Shown: positions 20,228 through 29,655 of the stretch, piece after piece | Layout: each line of letters begins with the position of its first letter | How positions within the stretch are numbered: the first letter of the stretch is position 1 | Sequence record: LC727697.1 | Source: Pseudomonas phage sp. 30-2 | Reading direction: 5' to 3' (one strand) | Length of the DNA stretch: 64,000 bases | Notes under the pieces: generated by a model | The model's database searches: none | What the model was told of the DNA's origin: nothing | The model's input: only the letters and a program-made list of their open reading frames with translations | Position numbers and translations under genes: made by a program

Positions 20228-21208
20228 TTAAAAATCTTTTGTTACACGAACTATCATTTTTGCACTAACAGTATTAAAGTTAGTTTTATGGGTTGCTTCT
20301 AATTTGATAATAAATGTACCTACTATAGGATCTTCTTCACCTACGGGAGGCACAACATTATCTTTAAAGAACGTGTATCTAAGAGTATTTTGAACACACC
20401 GATTATCAGGATCGGATGCACTGTCAGTAATATCTCCATCTAAAACTGTATTTTTCCATACATATGTATCTTCTTTTGCTAAAGTAAATACAGCCGGGTT
20501 TTGTTCTTTGCCTTCTGAATTACAATATGCAGTAAGAACAACGTTGTATTCTGTAGTTATATCTGTTACTGCCGGAGATACGATACCTACACAATAGTCA
20601 AACGCCCAATCTTGTGTTGAAGAAGTTAGAGATATATCATACGAACCGTCGTCGTTTATTTTTCTGTTAATAACAGAACCGCGCAAGTGTGCAGACAATG
20701 CAAGTTCAATTATATTATTTTTAGATACTAACATTCCTGATGCCGGTATTCCCGAACCAGTCCATAATGTTCCGTTTTCTTTCTTAAATGCAGTACTGGC
20801 ATTTGCAAGCAACGTTTGATTACTTGGTTGCGGGACAGAACTAGTATCAGGTTGTAATCCTGTTTCTTCGTCTACTACCCATTGTGTTTGTCCGCCGAAT
20901 TGAATTTCGCCAGTGGAATTAACTGCTACTAATCCGTATTGTTGTATTTTAGAAACAGTTATGTCACTATCTACTTCGCCTACGAATATAACCCCTTCGC
21001 CTTCGTTTAAATCAGCTAATTTAGAATTAACTAGAAAGACATCGCCTATAGTGTCGTTAACGTTTACTTTATATTTACGAGTACCTTTTTGTGCTACTAT
21101 AAAACCCTCGGCAGCATTAGTCATACCAGGTAACTTAGCATATATGCTTAACTTAGGTTGGCCCGTTTCGCTTTCACCAAACCAATCGCTTTTAATAGGT
21201 CTTCCCAT
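20228..21208 (-). CDS. hypothetical protein, Thr/Ser/Gly/Val-rich beta-rich (possible virion structural or Ig-like)
   Basis: 326-aa ORF with compositional bias typical of structural proteins. Confidence 0.5.
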   Translation of the reverse strand: MGRPIKSDWFGESETGQPKLSIYAKLPGMTNAAEGFIVAQKGTRKYKVNVNDTIGDVFLVNSKLADLNEGEGVIFVGEVDSDITVSKIQQYGLVAVNSTGEIQFGGQTQWVVDEETGLQPDTSSVPQPSNQTLLANASTAFKKENGTLWTGSGIPASGMLVSKNNIIELALSAHLRGSVINRKINDDGSYDISLTSSTQDWAFDYCVGIVSPAVTDITTEYNVVLTAYCNSEGKEQNPAVFTLAKEDTYVWKNTVLDGDITDSASDPDNRCVQNTLRYTFFKDNVVPPVGEEDPIVGTFIIKLEATHKTNFNTVSAKMIVRVTKDF

Positions 21209-21293
21209 GGAAAACTCCTCCTTTACAAGATAACACTATTTAGTTATATAATGCGATAAATAAGCATATACATATAATACAGGATTAAAGATT

Positions 21294-21488
21294 ATGAAAC
21301 TTTCCGAAATATGCATACTAGAATCGTCAGAATTAGACGAAGAATTAAAACATATAAATGGAAAATGGGCACTTGTTTCTAAAAAGACAGGGAAGCCCCT
21401 TAGATATTATGAGGGTAAAGGAAAACCTTCTAAAGACTGGGTTTCTAAACAAGAAAAATCTATCCAGTATTGGAAACATAACGGATAG
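21294..21488 (+). CDS. small protein sharing N-terminal motif with the two downstream paralogs
   Basis: MKLSEICILESSE vs MKILEFNLIEKASE vs MRLNEINLIETSDE. Confidence 0.5.
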   Translation: MKLSEICILESSELDEELKHINGKWALVSKKTGKPLRYYEGKGKPSKDWVSKQEKSIQYWKHNG

Positions 21489-21494
21489 GATATA

Positions 21495-22184
21495 ATGAAA
21501 ATTTTAGAATTTAATCTAATAGAAAAGGCAAGCGAAAGTATAATATTATCTACTATTGCAAAAATAATATGGTTTGTTATAGAAAAGAATGCAGAAAATA
21601 AAATATACAATTCATACAAACTAAAAGATTTAATAAAACAAGAATATTTCGATAAGTATCCTGTTTTAAATAATATTTCCGATTTAATAATACGTCCGTA
21701 TGCGAATGAGCATCCAGAACAATACAACGGTGCTTTTATTCAAAGAACTGATGGCAAAAATCTCATAGCACTTTTTGATATAGGTCCGGATTCATATAAA
21801 AATGATATAACATACACAAATACCTTAGTTCATGAATTACAACATGCATTAGATAGTTCTAAGGGTAATCCATTATTATATAAACATACAAACAATTCAG
21901 ATAAACATAAAGAATATTTAAATCAAAAATACGAAATAAATGCAAGAATAGCCGAATTATTAAATGATCTTAAGGTTATATTTTTGCAGTATTGGGGATC
22001 TTCAAAAGAAATACCATCCAAAGAATGGTTTCTAGATAATATAGAAAAATTCGCAAAAGGTCATCAGCTTACATACTTAAAGAAAGAAAATCCAAAAGTA
22101 TGGAAACGAATAGTATCTAGATGTTACGAATTGTATGTTACATTAAAGAAAAGGGCAGAAAATCGTGCGACTGAACGAAATTAA
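21495..22184 (+). CDS. putative HExxH metallopeptidase-like protein, paralog A
   Basis: TLVHELQHALD (HExxH) and YEINARIAELL blocks shared with paralog B. Confidence 0.55.
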   Translation: MKILEFNLIEKASESIILSTIAKIIWFVIEKNAENKIYNSYKLKDLIKQEYFDKYPVLNNISDLIIRPYANEHPEQYNGAFIQRTDGKNLIALFDIGPDSYKNDITYTNTLVHELQHALDSSKGNPLLYKHTNNSDKHKEYLNQKYEINARIAELLNDLKVIFLQYWGSSKEIPSKEWFLDNIEKFAKGHQLTYLKKENPKVWKRIVSRCYELYVTLKKRAENRATERN

Positions 22185-22917
22185 TTTAATCGAAACTTCA
22201 GACGAAGAACTGATTATTCAAAATATTGCGAAAATGTGTGTAGCAAACGCCGTATCATATTTCAATAATTTAAAGCAACACAGAGAAGAAATAGAAGATC
22301 AATTGTTGTTGAAAAACTACGATTGGCCGACTGTACAATTAATGTTAAGTACCCATAGTGTTGTTTTAAAAAATATAATTCCCGATGATATATTTGATAA
22401 TTTGTACAATGAATTTAAAGATATTCAGGTAGTGTTTGACATTTCCGGACAACACGGTGCAAAGAAAGGAGAATACAACTTAGTATCTAATACGATATAT
22501 GTTTATACTCATTATTATGGTAATTCTTTTAGTAATAACAAGAGTGTAGTTTCAACTATAGTACATGAGTTAAGGCATGCACTAGATAAAAATAAAGGAC
22601 AACCGTTTAAGAATGAAAAAATAAAAAGATACGATCCGGCATCTTCGGATACATATTATAGACAATCATACGAAATAAATGCAAGAATAAGTCAAGCTTT
22701 AGAACAAACTGTAGATCAATTTAGTTTTTTATACAAAAAAGGAACTGTATTAACAAAAGAAGAATTTATAAATGCATTTATAGAAAATGCACACATAAAT
22801 TATATTATGTTTCTTAAAAATGAAAATCCCAGAGCATACAAACGTATAATCAAACGTGCATATGATTTATATAATACTATAATGACTAAAATTTCAAATA
22901 ATAAAACAGGAGCCTAA
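22165..22917 (+). CDS. putative HExxH metallopeptidase-like protein, paralog B
   Basis: TIVHELRHALD and YEINARISQAL; N-terminus MRLNEINLIE. Confidence 0.55.
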   Translation: MRLNEINLIETSDEELIIQNIAKMCVANAVSYFNNLKQHREEIEDQLLLKNYDWPTVQLMLSTHSVVLKNIIPDDIFDNLYNEFKDIQVVFDISGQHGAKKGEYNLVSNTIYVYTHYYGNSFSNNKSVVSTIVHELRHALDKNKGQPFKNEKIKRYDPASSDTYYRQSYEINARISQALEQTVDQFSFLYKKGTVLTKEEFINAFIENAHINYIMFLKNENPRAYKRIIKRAYDLYNTIMTKISNNKTGA

Positions 22918-22931
22918 TGCTCCTGTTTTAT
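22904..22931 (+). terminator. rho-independent terminator closing plus-strand module
   Basis: aaaacaggagcctaatgctcctgtttta. Confidence 0.7.
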
Positions 22932-22947
22932 TATATAGAAACTACTG

Positions 22948-23211
22948 TTAGGTGTCTACATTTTGTAATTTTGTTGATATTTCAGTTTTAGTAGAATTAA
23001 TTTCTTTGTTTAATTCCTTTATTTCCAGATTTAGTGCTTTTTGTTGTTCCAATAATTCATTCATATTTTTAATAAGATTATCCCTACTATTAGAATACCC
23101 TGGAGAGTTTTCTTTTCCGGCAAATATAAATCCATATGTCAACGCATATATAATTCCGGATATAGCTAATATGAATACCAGTGAAAAATATGCAATGAAA
23201 TATCTACGCAT
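22948..23211 (-). CDS. membrane-anchored coiled-coil protein
   Basis: N-terminal TM segment then heptad-like Leu/Glu/Lys region. Confidence 0.45.
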   Translation of the reverse strand: MRRYFIAYFSLVFILAISGIIYALTYGFIFAGKENSPGYSNSRDNLIKNMNELLEQQKALNLEIKELNKEINSTKTEISTKLQNVDT

Positions 23212-23216
23212 ATTGT

Positions 23217-24665
23217 TTAGTTCCCGAAACCAATTTTTTGTTTCTTAAGTTGGACTTTAAAGTCAGGATTATCCATATTGTAAATGTCTGCTAGCGTCAT
23301 TTCGCCTTTTGCTACATATGTCCCTGTTCCGTATTTTTTGTCTAAAAGATTTTGGGATTTTTCTTTTGTTAATTTGTTAAATTCATACTCTGCATTTAAC
23401 CGACCTTTACGAGTTAATGCACTGTCAATTTCTGAAATTTTACAGTTAAACGTACAAATAAACTGACACCGAACAGCATCACCTAGAATACCGTCACTCA
23501 TGTTAAGAAGGTTAGACACTGCCGAACTGCCGCCGCCCTCCCGAGGACGGAGAATATTTTCTGCGTCTTCTACTATAAACACACTATCTTTGTGGTTCAT
23601 AACAAACGAGACAAACTGAGGTCTGGCTAACTCCGGAGCCATATCAGAAGGAACATATATGAGTTTCTTCTTTTTAGCTTTATTTGCAATGTATCGGATG
23701 AAATTAGTTTTACCAGTTCCTCGTTCGCCATAAAGGAGTGTTATACCTTTACTAGAACTAATAATTTTTTCTACTATATATTCAGATGTGTCTTTAAAAT
23801 CATCGTTATAATTTTCTTCAATAAAGGCATCTATGTTTTGCAGAGGAGTCATGTCAAACGACTCTAAATCATAACCGTGGGAATCAGCCACAATAATATT
23901 AATTTCCGGTTTTTCTTCTTTTACTTTAGGATATGCATTTGCATATACTTTTCCAAATTCTTCTACAAACCTAGCTACATTACAACTATCATTTGCAGAA
24001 ATTACCATAAACCGTACACTATCGTAAATATCTGTAATTCTAGAAATAGCTGCTTTTTCGTTTCCTATTACCCAAATTTCCTCAGATGCAACGTCTGCAT
24101 CTCGCTCTGCATCAGATGACGAATAAGATGTTATATTTGTATATTTTTTGGAGATTATATCAAACGATTCTTTACTTAGGCAAGTTTTAAATGCTTCTTC
24201 TACTGCCTTTGTGTTACAATCTATAAATGCTACCCACGTTTTTCTTATAGGCGATTCATTAAAGACATTAGAGAATTCTTCTTCCAGAGAAAACTCAATA
24301 TCGTTGCTATTACGTGTGTAAGTTCTGTTAACTTGAGTCATTCCGGCATCCTCTTTATAATTCATAATAACTTTGTTAGTGTAAGATGTGCAACCTGAAA
24401 CATTTCCTGCAGTGTTGCGTATTAATTGACAGGGTATATCGTCAGAATATATCGACGATCTTCCTGCATATTTGCTATCTCCTGCCCAACTACAGATAGC
24501 AGCATCCTCTGCTATTATATTCTTTGTAAAATAGTGATCAAATGCTCCATTTAATTTCCCGCTCATCATATGGGGAATTTTAATCTTAACTGCTACTTTT
24601 GATATCAATCTATGAGAAGATGAAAGATTTATATTACGCCGCATATATCCATCCCAACATAGCAA
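23217..24665 (-). CDS. classical AAA family ATPase with about 300-aa unknown N-terminal domain
   Basis: Walker A GERGTGKT, Walker B VFIVEDAE, second region of homology DSALTRKGRLN. Confidence 0.7.
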   Translation of the reverse strand: MLCWDGYMRRNINLSSSHRLISKVAVKIKIPHMMSGKLNGAFDHYFTKNIIAEDAAICSWAGDSKYAGRSSIYSDDIPCQLIRNTAGNVSGCTSYTNKVIMNYKEDAGMTQVNRTYTRNSNDIEFSLEEEFSNVFNESPIRKTWVAFIDCNTKAVEEAFKTCLSKESFDIISKKYTNITSYSSSDAERDADVASEEIWVIGNEKAAISRITDIYDSVRFMVISANDSCNVARFVEEFGKVYANAYPKVKEEKPEINIIVADSHGYDLESFDMTPLQNIDAFIEENYNDDFKDTSEYIVEKIISSSKGITLLYGERGTGKTNFIRYIANKAKKKKLIYVPSDMAPELARPQFVSFVMNHKDSVFIVEDAENILRPREGGGSSAVSNLLNMSDGILGDAVRCQFICTFNCKISEIDSALTRKGRLNAEYEFNKLTKEKSQNLLDKKYGTGTYVAKGEMTLADIYNMDNPDFKVQLKKQKIGFGN

Positions 24666-24963
24666 CTAACACTACAGCGATGCCAGATATAACACCTACC
24701 GTAGTTGCAATATTTTTCTCTGGTTTTATCAATTCTATTATTTTACAACTTTTTAATCCACATAGAAGACCTATAATACAATACAAAACTACTATAGTTG
24801 TATAAACCGAGTCGGATACCAAATTTTGTACATTATTTAATTTAGACACATAACACAGAAATACTGTAGTTACTATACAACTAAAAAGAAATATAACGTT
24901 TGACAGAACTATATAGGAAAATCCGTTATAAAAATCTAAAATATGTTTAATTATATTTTTCAT
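24634..24963 (-). CDS. small multi-pass membrane protein
   Basis: three hydrophobic segments. Confidence 0.45.
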   Translation of the reverse strand: MKNIIKHILDFYNGFSYIVLSNVIFLFSCIVTTVFLCYVSKLNNVQNLVSDSVYTTIVVLYCIIGLLCGLKSCKIIELIKPEKNIATTVGVISGIAVVLVAMLGWIYAA

Positions 24964-24973
24964 TATATTTCCA

Positions 24974-25600
24974 CTATATAAAAGTTATGTTATGTTCTTG
25001 TGCGTAACTAATTAAAGATTTAAGTTTCTTATCGGATTTTCTTATTCTGTTTCTTGCTTCGTGTTGTAAGTGTTCTGGTAATTGACGTATATAGGTATTA
25101 ATTATTTCTTCTAATTGTTTATATTGCATTCCTTTGTTTGTATGACAATTTTCTTTTATTAAACTTTGCGATAACGCATATTCTTCCCTGCCTTTAGCAA
25201 CAATTATATTTTGTTCTTCTATAGATTTAAATAGTTTGTTTGCAAGCTTAGACGAATTAATTGCAGTTAGTGCATCACCTACATTATGCATATATTTGTC
25301 GAATCCCTTCATTTTAGATAAAGGGTTATTTTTTAATGCGCCGGAAGTATATGCAGATACAGTAATGTTTGATATTTCTATAAATGCAGGCGAAAGAGAA
25401 ACTAATTCTTTTGCAGAAGAAGAAATTATATAATAGTTTTTAGAAAACCAAGTTCCTTTCCTGCAAACTACTTGTCTATCTAATATGTCGCCGTGTCCAT
25501 CGTCTATCATTTTTTCTAAAGAGATGTTTATTTTATAAATTTCTAAAATAAGAGAATTTGCAACAGACCTAAATATGTTTGCATGCGAACTGTATATCAT
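24974..25600 (-). CDS. hypothetical protein
   Basis: ORF in operon with AAA ATPase. Confidence 0.5.
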   Translation of the reverse strand: MIYSSHANIFRSVANSLILEIYKINISLEKMIDDGHGDILDRQVVCRKGTWFSKNYYIISSSAKELVSLSPAFIEISNITVSAYTSGALKNNPLSKMKGFDKYMHNVGDALTAINSSKLANKLFKSIEEQNIIVAKGREEYALSQSLIKENCHTNKGMQYKQLEEIINTYIRQLPEHLQHEARNRIRKSDKKLKSLISYAQEHNITFI

Positions 25601-25986
25601 ACAATATATTCCACTTCGCCTAAATCTACGTATACAGACAAATTATTACCTATAATTCCTATTTTTGTTTCAAACAAAAATAAATTATCCACATTAGTAA
25701 TAGTGTCTAACTTTTCTTTTGTTTTAGAGTGATATTTTGCTGCAAGTTTAATGGAATGGTATATGTTATCTTTCGATTTAACAGAAAATTCTATTATTAA
25801 TTTCTTTTTACATTTGTATGATATAAAAGAATTAGAAATAAATTCGTAGTGCTCAGCTGAACATCCGGAAATACACTTTAAAATAATAGAATTATATATA
25901 GAGAAATACCCGTAATGCTCTGTCTCTTTTTTATTATACAGATACTCGGTTATAAACTTTTCGAAATTATACATTGGTAATCTCAA
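25597..25986 (-). CDS. hypothetical protein
   Basis: ORF, 4-nt overlap with downstream gene. Confidence 0.45.
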   Translation of the reverse strand: MRLPMYNFEKFITEYLYNKKETEHYGYFSIYNSIILKCISGCSAEHYEFISNSFISYKCKKKLIIEFSVKSKDNIYHSIKLAAKYHSKTKEKLDTITNVDNLFLFETKIGIIGNNLSVYVDLGEVEYIV

Positions 25987-26008
25987 AAGTTTTTAAATAT
26001 ATTACATT

Positions 26009-26488
26009 TTAACACTTTTGTATAAAAACACAACTAGTTATTTTTAAATTAATTGAAGTATTAGGTTCTTCGATGTAGCAGATTAATTGTTTGTCATTAT
26101 AATAACTTCTATATCCATATAAAATATTTCCAGATTTAGTAACAACTCTGTTACTTCCTTTAAAAAACACAGTATCGGACTTTACTTCTATCCAACCGTC
26201 CAATTTAAGAGAGTTGTAAATTGTATCTATTGTTCTTTTTTGAATTGTTAATTCTAATAAATTTTCCCACGGGTTATCTTCATCACCAGAACCCCAGCAA
26301 GCATCGCACCGGCCGGGTGTTATTGCATTCCCTCCGACTGCACCTCTGTTCCACATAGCAGTAGATCCATAACAAATAATTCCGTAGCCCATACATTTTT
26401 TACAAGGATTTTTTATATGTCTTAATTTTAGACCTTGATCTTTTAATAATTCTATTTCTCTTCGGAGAGATTGTATGGTTTCATTCAT
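26009..26488 (-). CDS. DnaJ-type zinc-finger (CxxCxGxG x2) protein
   Basis: CKKCMGYG and CDACWGSG repeats. Confidence 0.5.
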   Translation of the reverse strand: MNETIQSLRREIELLKDQGLKLRHIKNPCKKCMGYGIICYGSTAMWNRGAVGGNAITPGRCDACWGSGDEDNPWENLLELTIQKRTIDTIYNSLKLDGWIEVKSDTVFFKGSNRVVTKSGNILYGYRSYYNDKQLICYIEEPNTSINLKITSCVFIQKC

Positions 26489-27089
26489 TTATTAATACCG
26501 GAAAAATTATATTAGAGTTTTTATCTATTTCTAATACCAAATTATAGGATTCTATTACAGGCATGCTGTATTCTGTTTTATTGATCTTAGGAAATATAAC
26601 AGTTATAGCCGAACTATTTACACTTACATTAGGTCCTCCGAGTATGTGTGAATTAGTCCAGTATGTCCACACACGTATAAAACCGCCGTAATCACCTATA
26701 TTCAAGTTTTTGTAATTATGAAGTACGATAGAATTGGATGCAATCCTAGATAGTATATAGGGAATATATTTGTATAACTCATTTGCTTTGGATATTATAG
26801 ATATATAAGAATAAAAAATTCTATTCTTCTTTAATTTGTTTGAATTTAATAATTTAATTTCAGTGGGATAGATATTATTTTCCGGATCGTCATTTAAAGA
26901 TCCATATTTATAATAAAATAAATCCAATTCGCACGAATGAATTATACAATTATAAAAATTGCTCTCAAAACATATTATGCATGAATTTCGAACTACATCG
27001 AAACTAGAAAGTCTGCAGTTATATATAAGATAGCTAACTCCAAATATATTCCCGTATTCAGACTTTCCTATTTCTTTTAAATTTAACAT
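26481..27089 (-). CDS. hypothetical protein
   Basis: ORF. Confidence 0.45.
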   Translation of the reverse strand: MLNLKEIGKSEYGNIFGVSYLIYNCRLSSFDVVRNSCIICFESNFYNCIIHSCELDLFYYKYGSLNDDPENNIYPTEIKLLNSNKLKKNRIFYSYISIISKANELYKYIPYILSRIASNSIVLHNYKNLNIGDYGGFIRVWTYWTNSHILGGPNVSVNSSAITVIFPKINKTEYSMPVIESYNLVLEIDKNSNIIFPVLINE

Positions 27090-27694
27090 ATTTCATCAAT
27101 ATCCCATATACTAAACTGTTTTGATATTTTGAATGTGTGTTTATATATAGTATTATAATTATACACGGTCAATGAAAAGTACAGGAAACTCCTGGAACTA
27201 AAATGTACATTACATAAATCTGTATCATTTACATGCGATATTATTTTATAATTGATGTTATTTCGTGATCCTGTGGGAGTCGTCGTTATATACTGTAGAT
27301 TGTGTGTTGTAAATTGACATTCTCTTACTTCTTTTACTATAAAAGGAATAAACATATCAAACGATATGTTTTTAAAATGGATAGCAAACGAAGTTTCATA
27401 TTTGTTAGTATGTAATATATCTGATACTTTGGTCTGTTTTTTAATGTCTTGATAGGCATAATGACCATCAGACCATGTTATCGTATTTAAAAATAATTTA
27501 TTATTTACAGAAGGCACTATTTTGATATTATATATAACTTCACTTACTATACCAGTTGAGTACCATCGTAAGATTATAGATTGATTACTTACATATGTGC
27601 CAGCTGGTTTGCATTCAGAAACACATTTAGAAAATAAAAATATATTAGCAATAACTTCAGTCACACCTACTAATAAACATTCATTTTTGAACAC
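27083..27694 (-). CDS. hypothetical protein
   Basis: ORF. Confidence 0.45.
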   Translation of the reverse strand: MFKNECLLVGVTEVIANIFLFSKCVSECKPAGTYVSNQSIILRWYSTGIVSEVIYNIKIVPSVNNKLFLNTITWSDGHYAYQDIKKQTKVSDILHTNKYETSFAIHFKNISFDMFIPFIVKEVRECQFTTHNLQYITTTPTGSRNNINYKIISHVNDTDLCNVHFSSRSFLYFSLTVYNYNTIYKHTFKISKQFSIWDIDEIC

Positions 27695-27823
27695 ACTATA
27701 TATCCTATTATGAAAATATAATTACAGAAACGACTAATATTTTACATTAATTATTATATTCAAAAATACATGATTGCAGGCAACATTCAACTAAAAATGT
27801 CATTTATTGTTTATTTCTTATAT

Positions 27824-27852
27824 AAAATAAGGGACATAAAGTCCCTTATTTT
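27824..27852. terminator. rho-independent terminator
   Basis: aaaataagggacataaagtcccttatttt. Confidence 0.7.
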
Positions 27853-27880
27853 ATATAAACCGAGCGCACTCGCCGCCGGT

Positions 27881-28240
27881 TTAGTCGTCAGTGTCGAACT
27901 CGAACTGATCGTCGCCGTGTTGAAGCTTGAGCATCATAATGTGCTCTTTCGGCACCCGGTCGCCGACGGCTTTTTCGTATTCATCCCAGGTGCGGATGAT
28001 GTCACCGTCCACTGCCCATGCGTTTTTCTTTTTCCCGTTGATGTGGGTGGCCGGACCGAGCAAGCGGTGCATGTTGCCCTGAATGTTCAGCCACACCTTG
28101 TTGCCGTCCTTGTCAACGATGCAGTAGGAGTCGATTTCCTGGAGAACGTATTCGGTTACGCCGCCGACTTGACCATCGACGACCTTCGAGTGCTCGGGAA
28201 ATTCTGCCAGTGCCCATGCTTCTTCGTAGCTTTTTGCCAT
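27881..28240 (-). CDS. hypothetical acidic protein encoded by an about 60%-GC island
   Basis: protein-like minus-strand frame with GAGAGG SD; the overlapping plus-strand 169-aa ORF is Val/Leu-rich antisense noise. Confidence 0.6.
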   Translation of the reverse strand: MAKSYEEAWALAEFPEHSKVVDGQVGGVTEYVLQEIDSYCIVDKDGNKVWLNIQGNMHRLLGPATHINGKKKNAWAVDGDIIRTWDEYEKAVGDRVPKEHIMMLKLQHGDDQFEFDTDD

Positions 28241-28314
28241 TGCAAATTACCTCTCGGTTGTATTAATGTTGTTTGTTAAGCTTCTTAGCTTGATATACAG
28301 TATAGCGCAAAATA

Positions 28315-28614
28315 TTATGTTCGTCTAGTTACGTTTACTTTATTACATTTTTGCCTCTGCTGTTTAGTTGAAGACTTAGCTTTAATATAAAGTAATTTTA
28401 TTTTAGCTTGTTTACATACGGTATGCAATTGTTTAATAAGTTGTTTTACAGAATTTCGTCTAAAATTTAAAGATCTAAAATAAACATCTTTAACTTGTTC
28501 TGAATAGAACTTTGTATAATGTTGCATTAGGTCTTCATTAAGTTCTTTTTTTGTTCTTTTAAACTCTTTTATTTCTTCGATTAAAAGATTTATTTTATAT
28601 TCTATTTTTTTCAT
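28315..28614 (-). CDS. hypothetical basic coiled-coil protein
   Basis: ORF. Confidence 0.4.
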   Translation of the reverse strand: MKKIEYKINLLIEEIKEFKRTKKELNEDLMQHYTKFYSEQVKDVYFRSLNFRRNSVKQLIKQLHTVCKQAKIKLLYIKAKSSTKQQRQKCNKVNVTRRT

Positions 28615-28858
28615 ATTCCCTATATAATCTACAAGACTGTATATATTGGTCGCATTCTTCGTTAACGTAATAATTTTGCAATACTATTCCCTGGTTAAAC
28701 GGGGTTTTATAATATATTTCTATTATATTTGCTCTTGTGCTAATATATATATGAGCAACGGTAGAATAGTTTCTTATATTATATTGCATTTCAAACATTT
28801 CTTTTGTTATTGTTTTACATACCATAGTATAATCCTCATTACGATTTATAAAACACAT
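28595..28858 (-). CDS. hypothetical small protein
   Basis: ORF. Confidence 0.4.
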   Translation of the reverse strand: MCFINRNEDYTMVCKTITKEMFEMQYNIRNYSTVAHIYISTRANIIEIYYKTPFNQGIVLQNYYVNEECDQYIQSCRLYREYEKNRI

Positions 28859-29405
28859 GATTACCTAATTTGGCAGTTTTTCTCATTTTCTTTGCCCAAT
28901 ACGGTTTGCTTACTCTGTGCGGTGCATAATAATGATCTGCGCCGTTGGTGGGATCGCTAGATAGTCTATTTATAGCCCTATATGCTACTATATTAGCTAA
29001 ATCCCATTTATCTTTTTCTTTAAAACCTTGTTTTCTACTGCCGTCGCAAGTATAACTAAATTGGCATTTATAGTAAACCACACTGTACGGGGTGTTGGGC
29101 CATCTAGTAGGATTCATGGCTCTATTTAATATCGTAAATGCTACACCTTGCATTCCGATCCTAGATTCACTACGCGCTTCATAATATATTGCTTCTGCTA
29201 CTGCCCTGCAATTCTTTCTTCTTTTACACAACGCTATATATGATTTTATTTTATCTTCATCATTTATAGCAAATTCTTCTTTTAGTTTTTCTTCTTTTAG
29301 TTTAAGGTTAGTAATGTATTCAAATTCTTTAGAATACATTTTGTCTGCTACCATACAACTTGCAGCGATAGCGAGACTAAGTAGAGTTGCCTCAGTTGTA
29401 GTCAT
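28839..29405 (-). CDS. SleB/CwlJ-like cell-wall hydrolase with N-terminal signal anchor
   Basis: AIYYEARSESRIGMQGVAFTILNRA and CQFSYTCDG blocks typical of Hydrolase_2 (SleB); N-terminal hydrophobic TLLSLAIAASCMVA. Confidence 0.7.
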   Translation of the reverse strand: MTTTEATLLSLAIAASCMVADKMYSKEFEYITNLKLKEEKLKEEFAINDEDKIKSYIALCKRRKNCRAVAEAIYYEARSESRIGMQGVAFTILNRAMNPTRWPNTPYSVVYYKCQFSYTCDGSRKQGFKEKDKWDLANIVAYRAINRLSSDPTNGADHYYAPHRVSKPYWAKKMRKTAKLGNHVFYKS

Positions 29406-29415
29406 GCAGAAATTC

Positions 29416-29655
29416 CTATAATTCTATTATAAGTATTTCGTCAGAATCTTTCGGAAAAGAAAACTTCTGTTTTGTTGTATGAATTCGTTTTTGATACCCA
29501 TCGGTGCATTTGTATATTTTAACAACATTTAGAAATCCTGTGTATTCTGTTTCTGTTTCTTCTAGAAATTCTAAATAACCTTCCTGTCTGATAACTATAT
29601 CGTATATTTCGGCATTACCCCGGCAAATACGTTGTTCTTTTATATAAACTCTCAT
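29416..29655 (-). CDS. hypothetical small protein
   Basis: ORF. Confidence 0.4.
   Translation of the reverse strand: MRVYIKEQRICRGNAEIYDIVIRQEGYLEFLEETETEYTGFLNVVKIYKCTDGYQKRIHTTKQKFSFPKDSDEILIIEL

Noticed and set aside
27770-28279. 169-aa plus-strand ORF
   Set aside because: Antisense to the GC-rich minus-strand gene. Val/Leu/Ala-rich low-complexity translation typical of reverse frames in GC-rich DNA. The minus-strand frame has an SD and a terminator.
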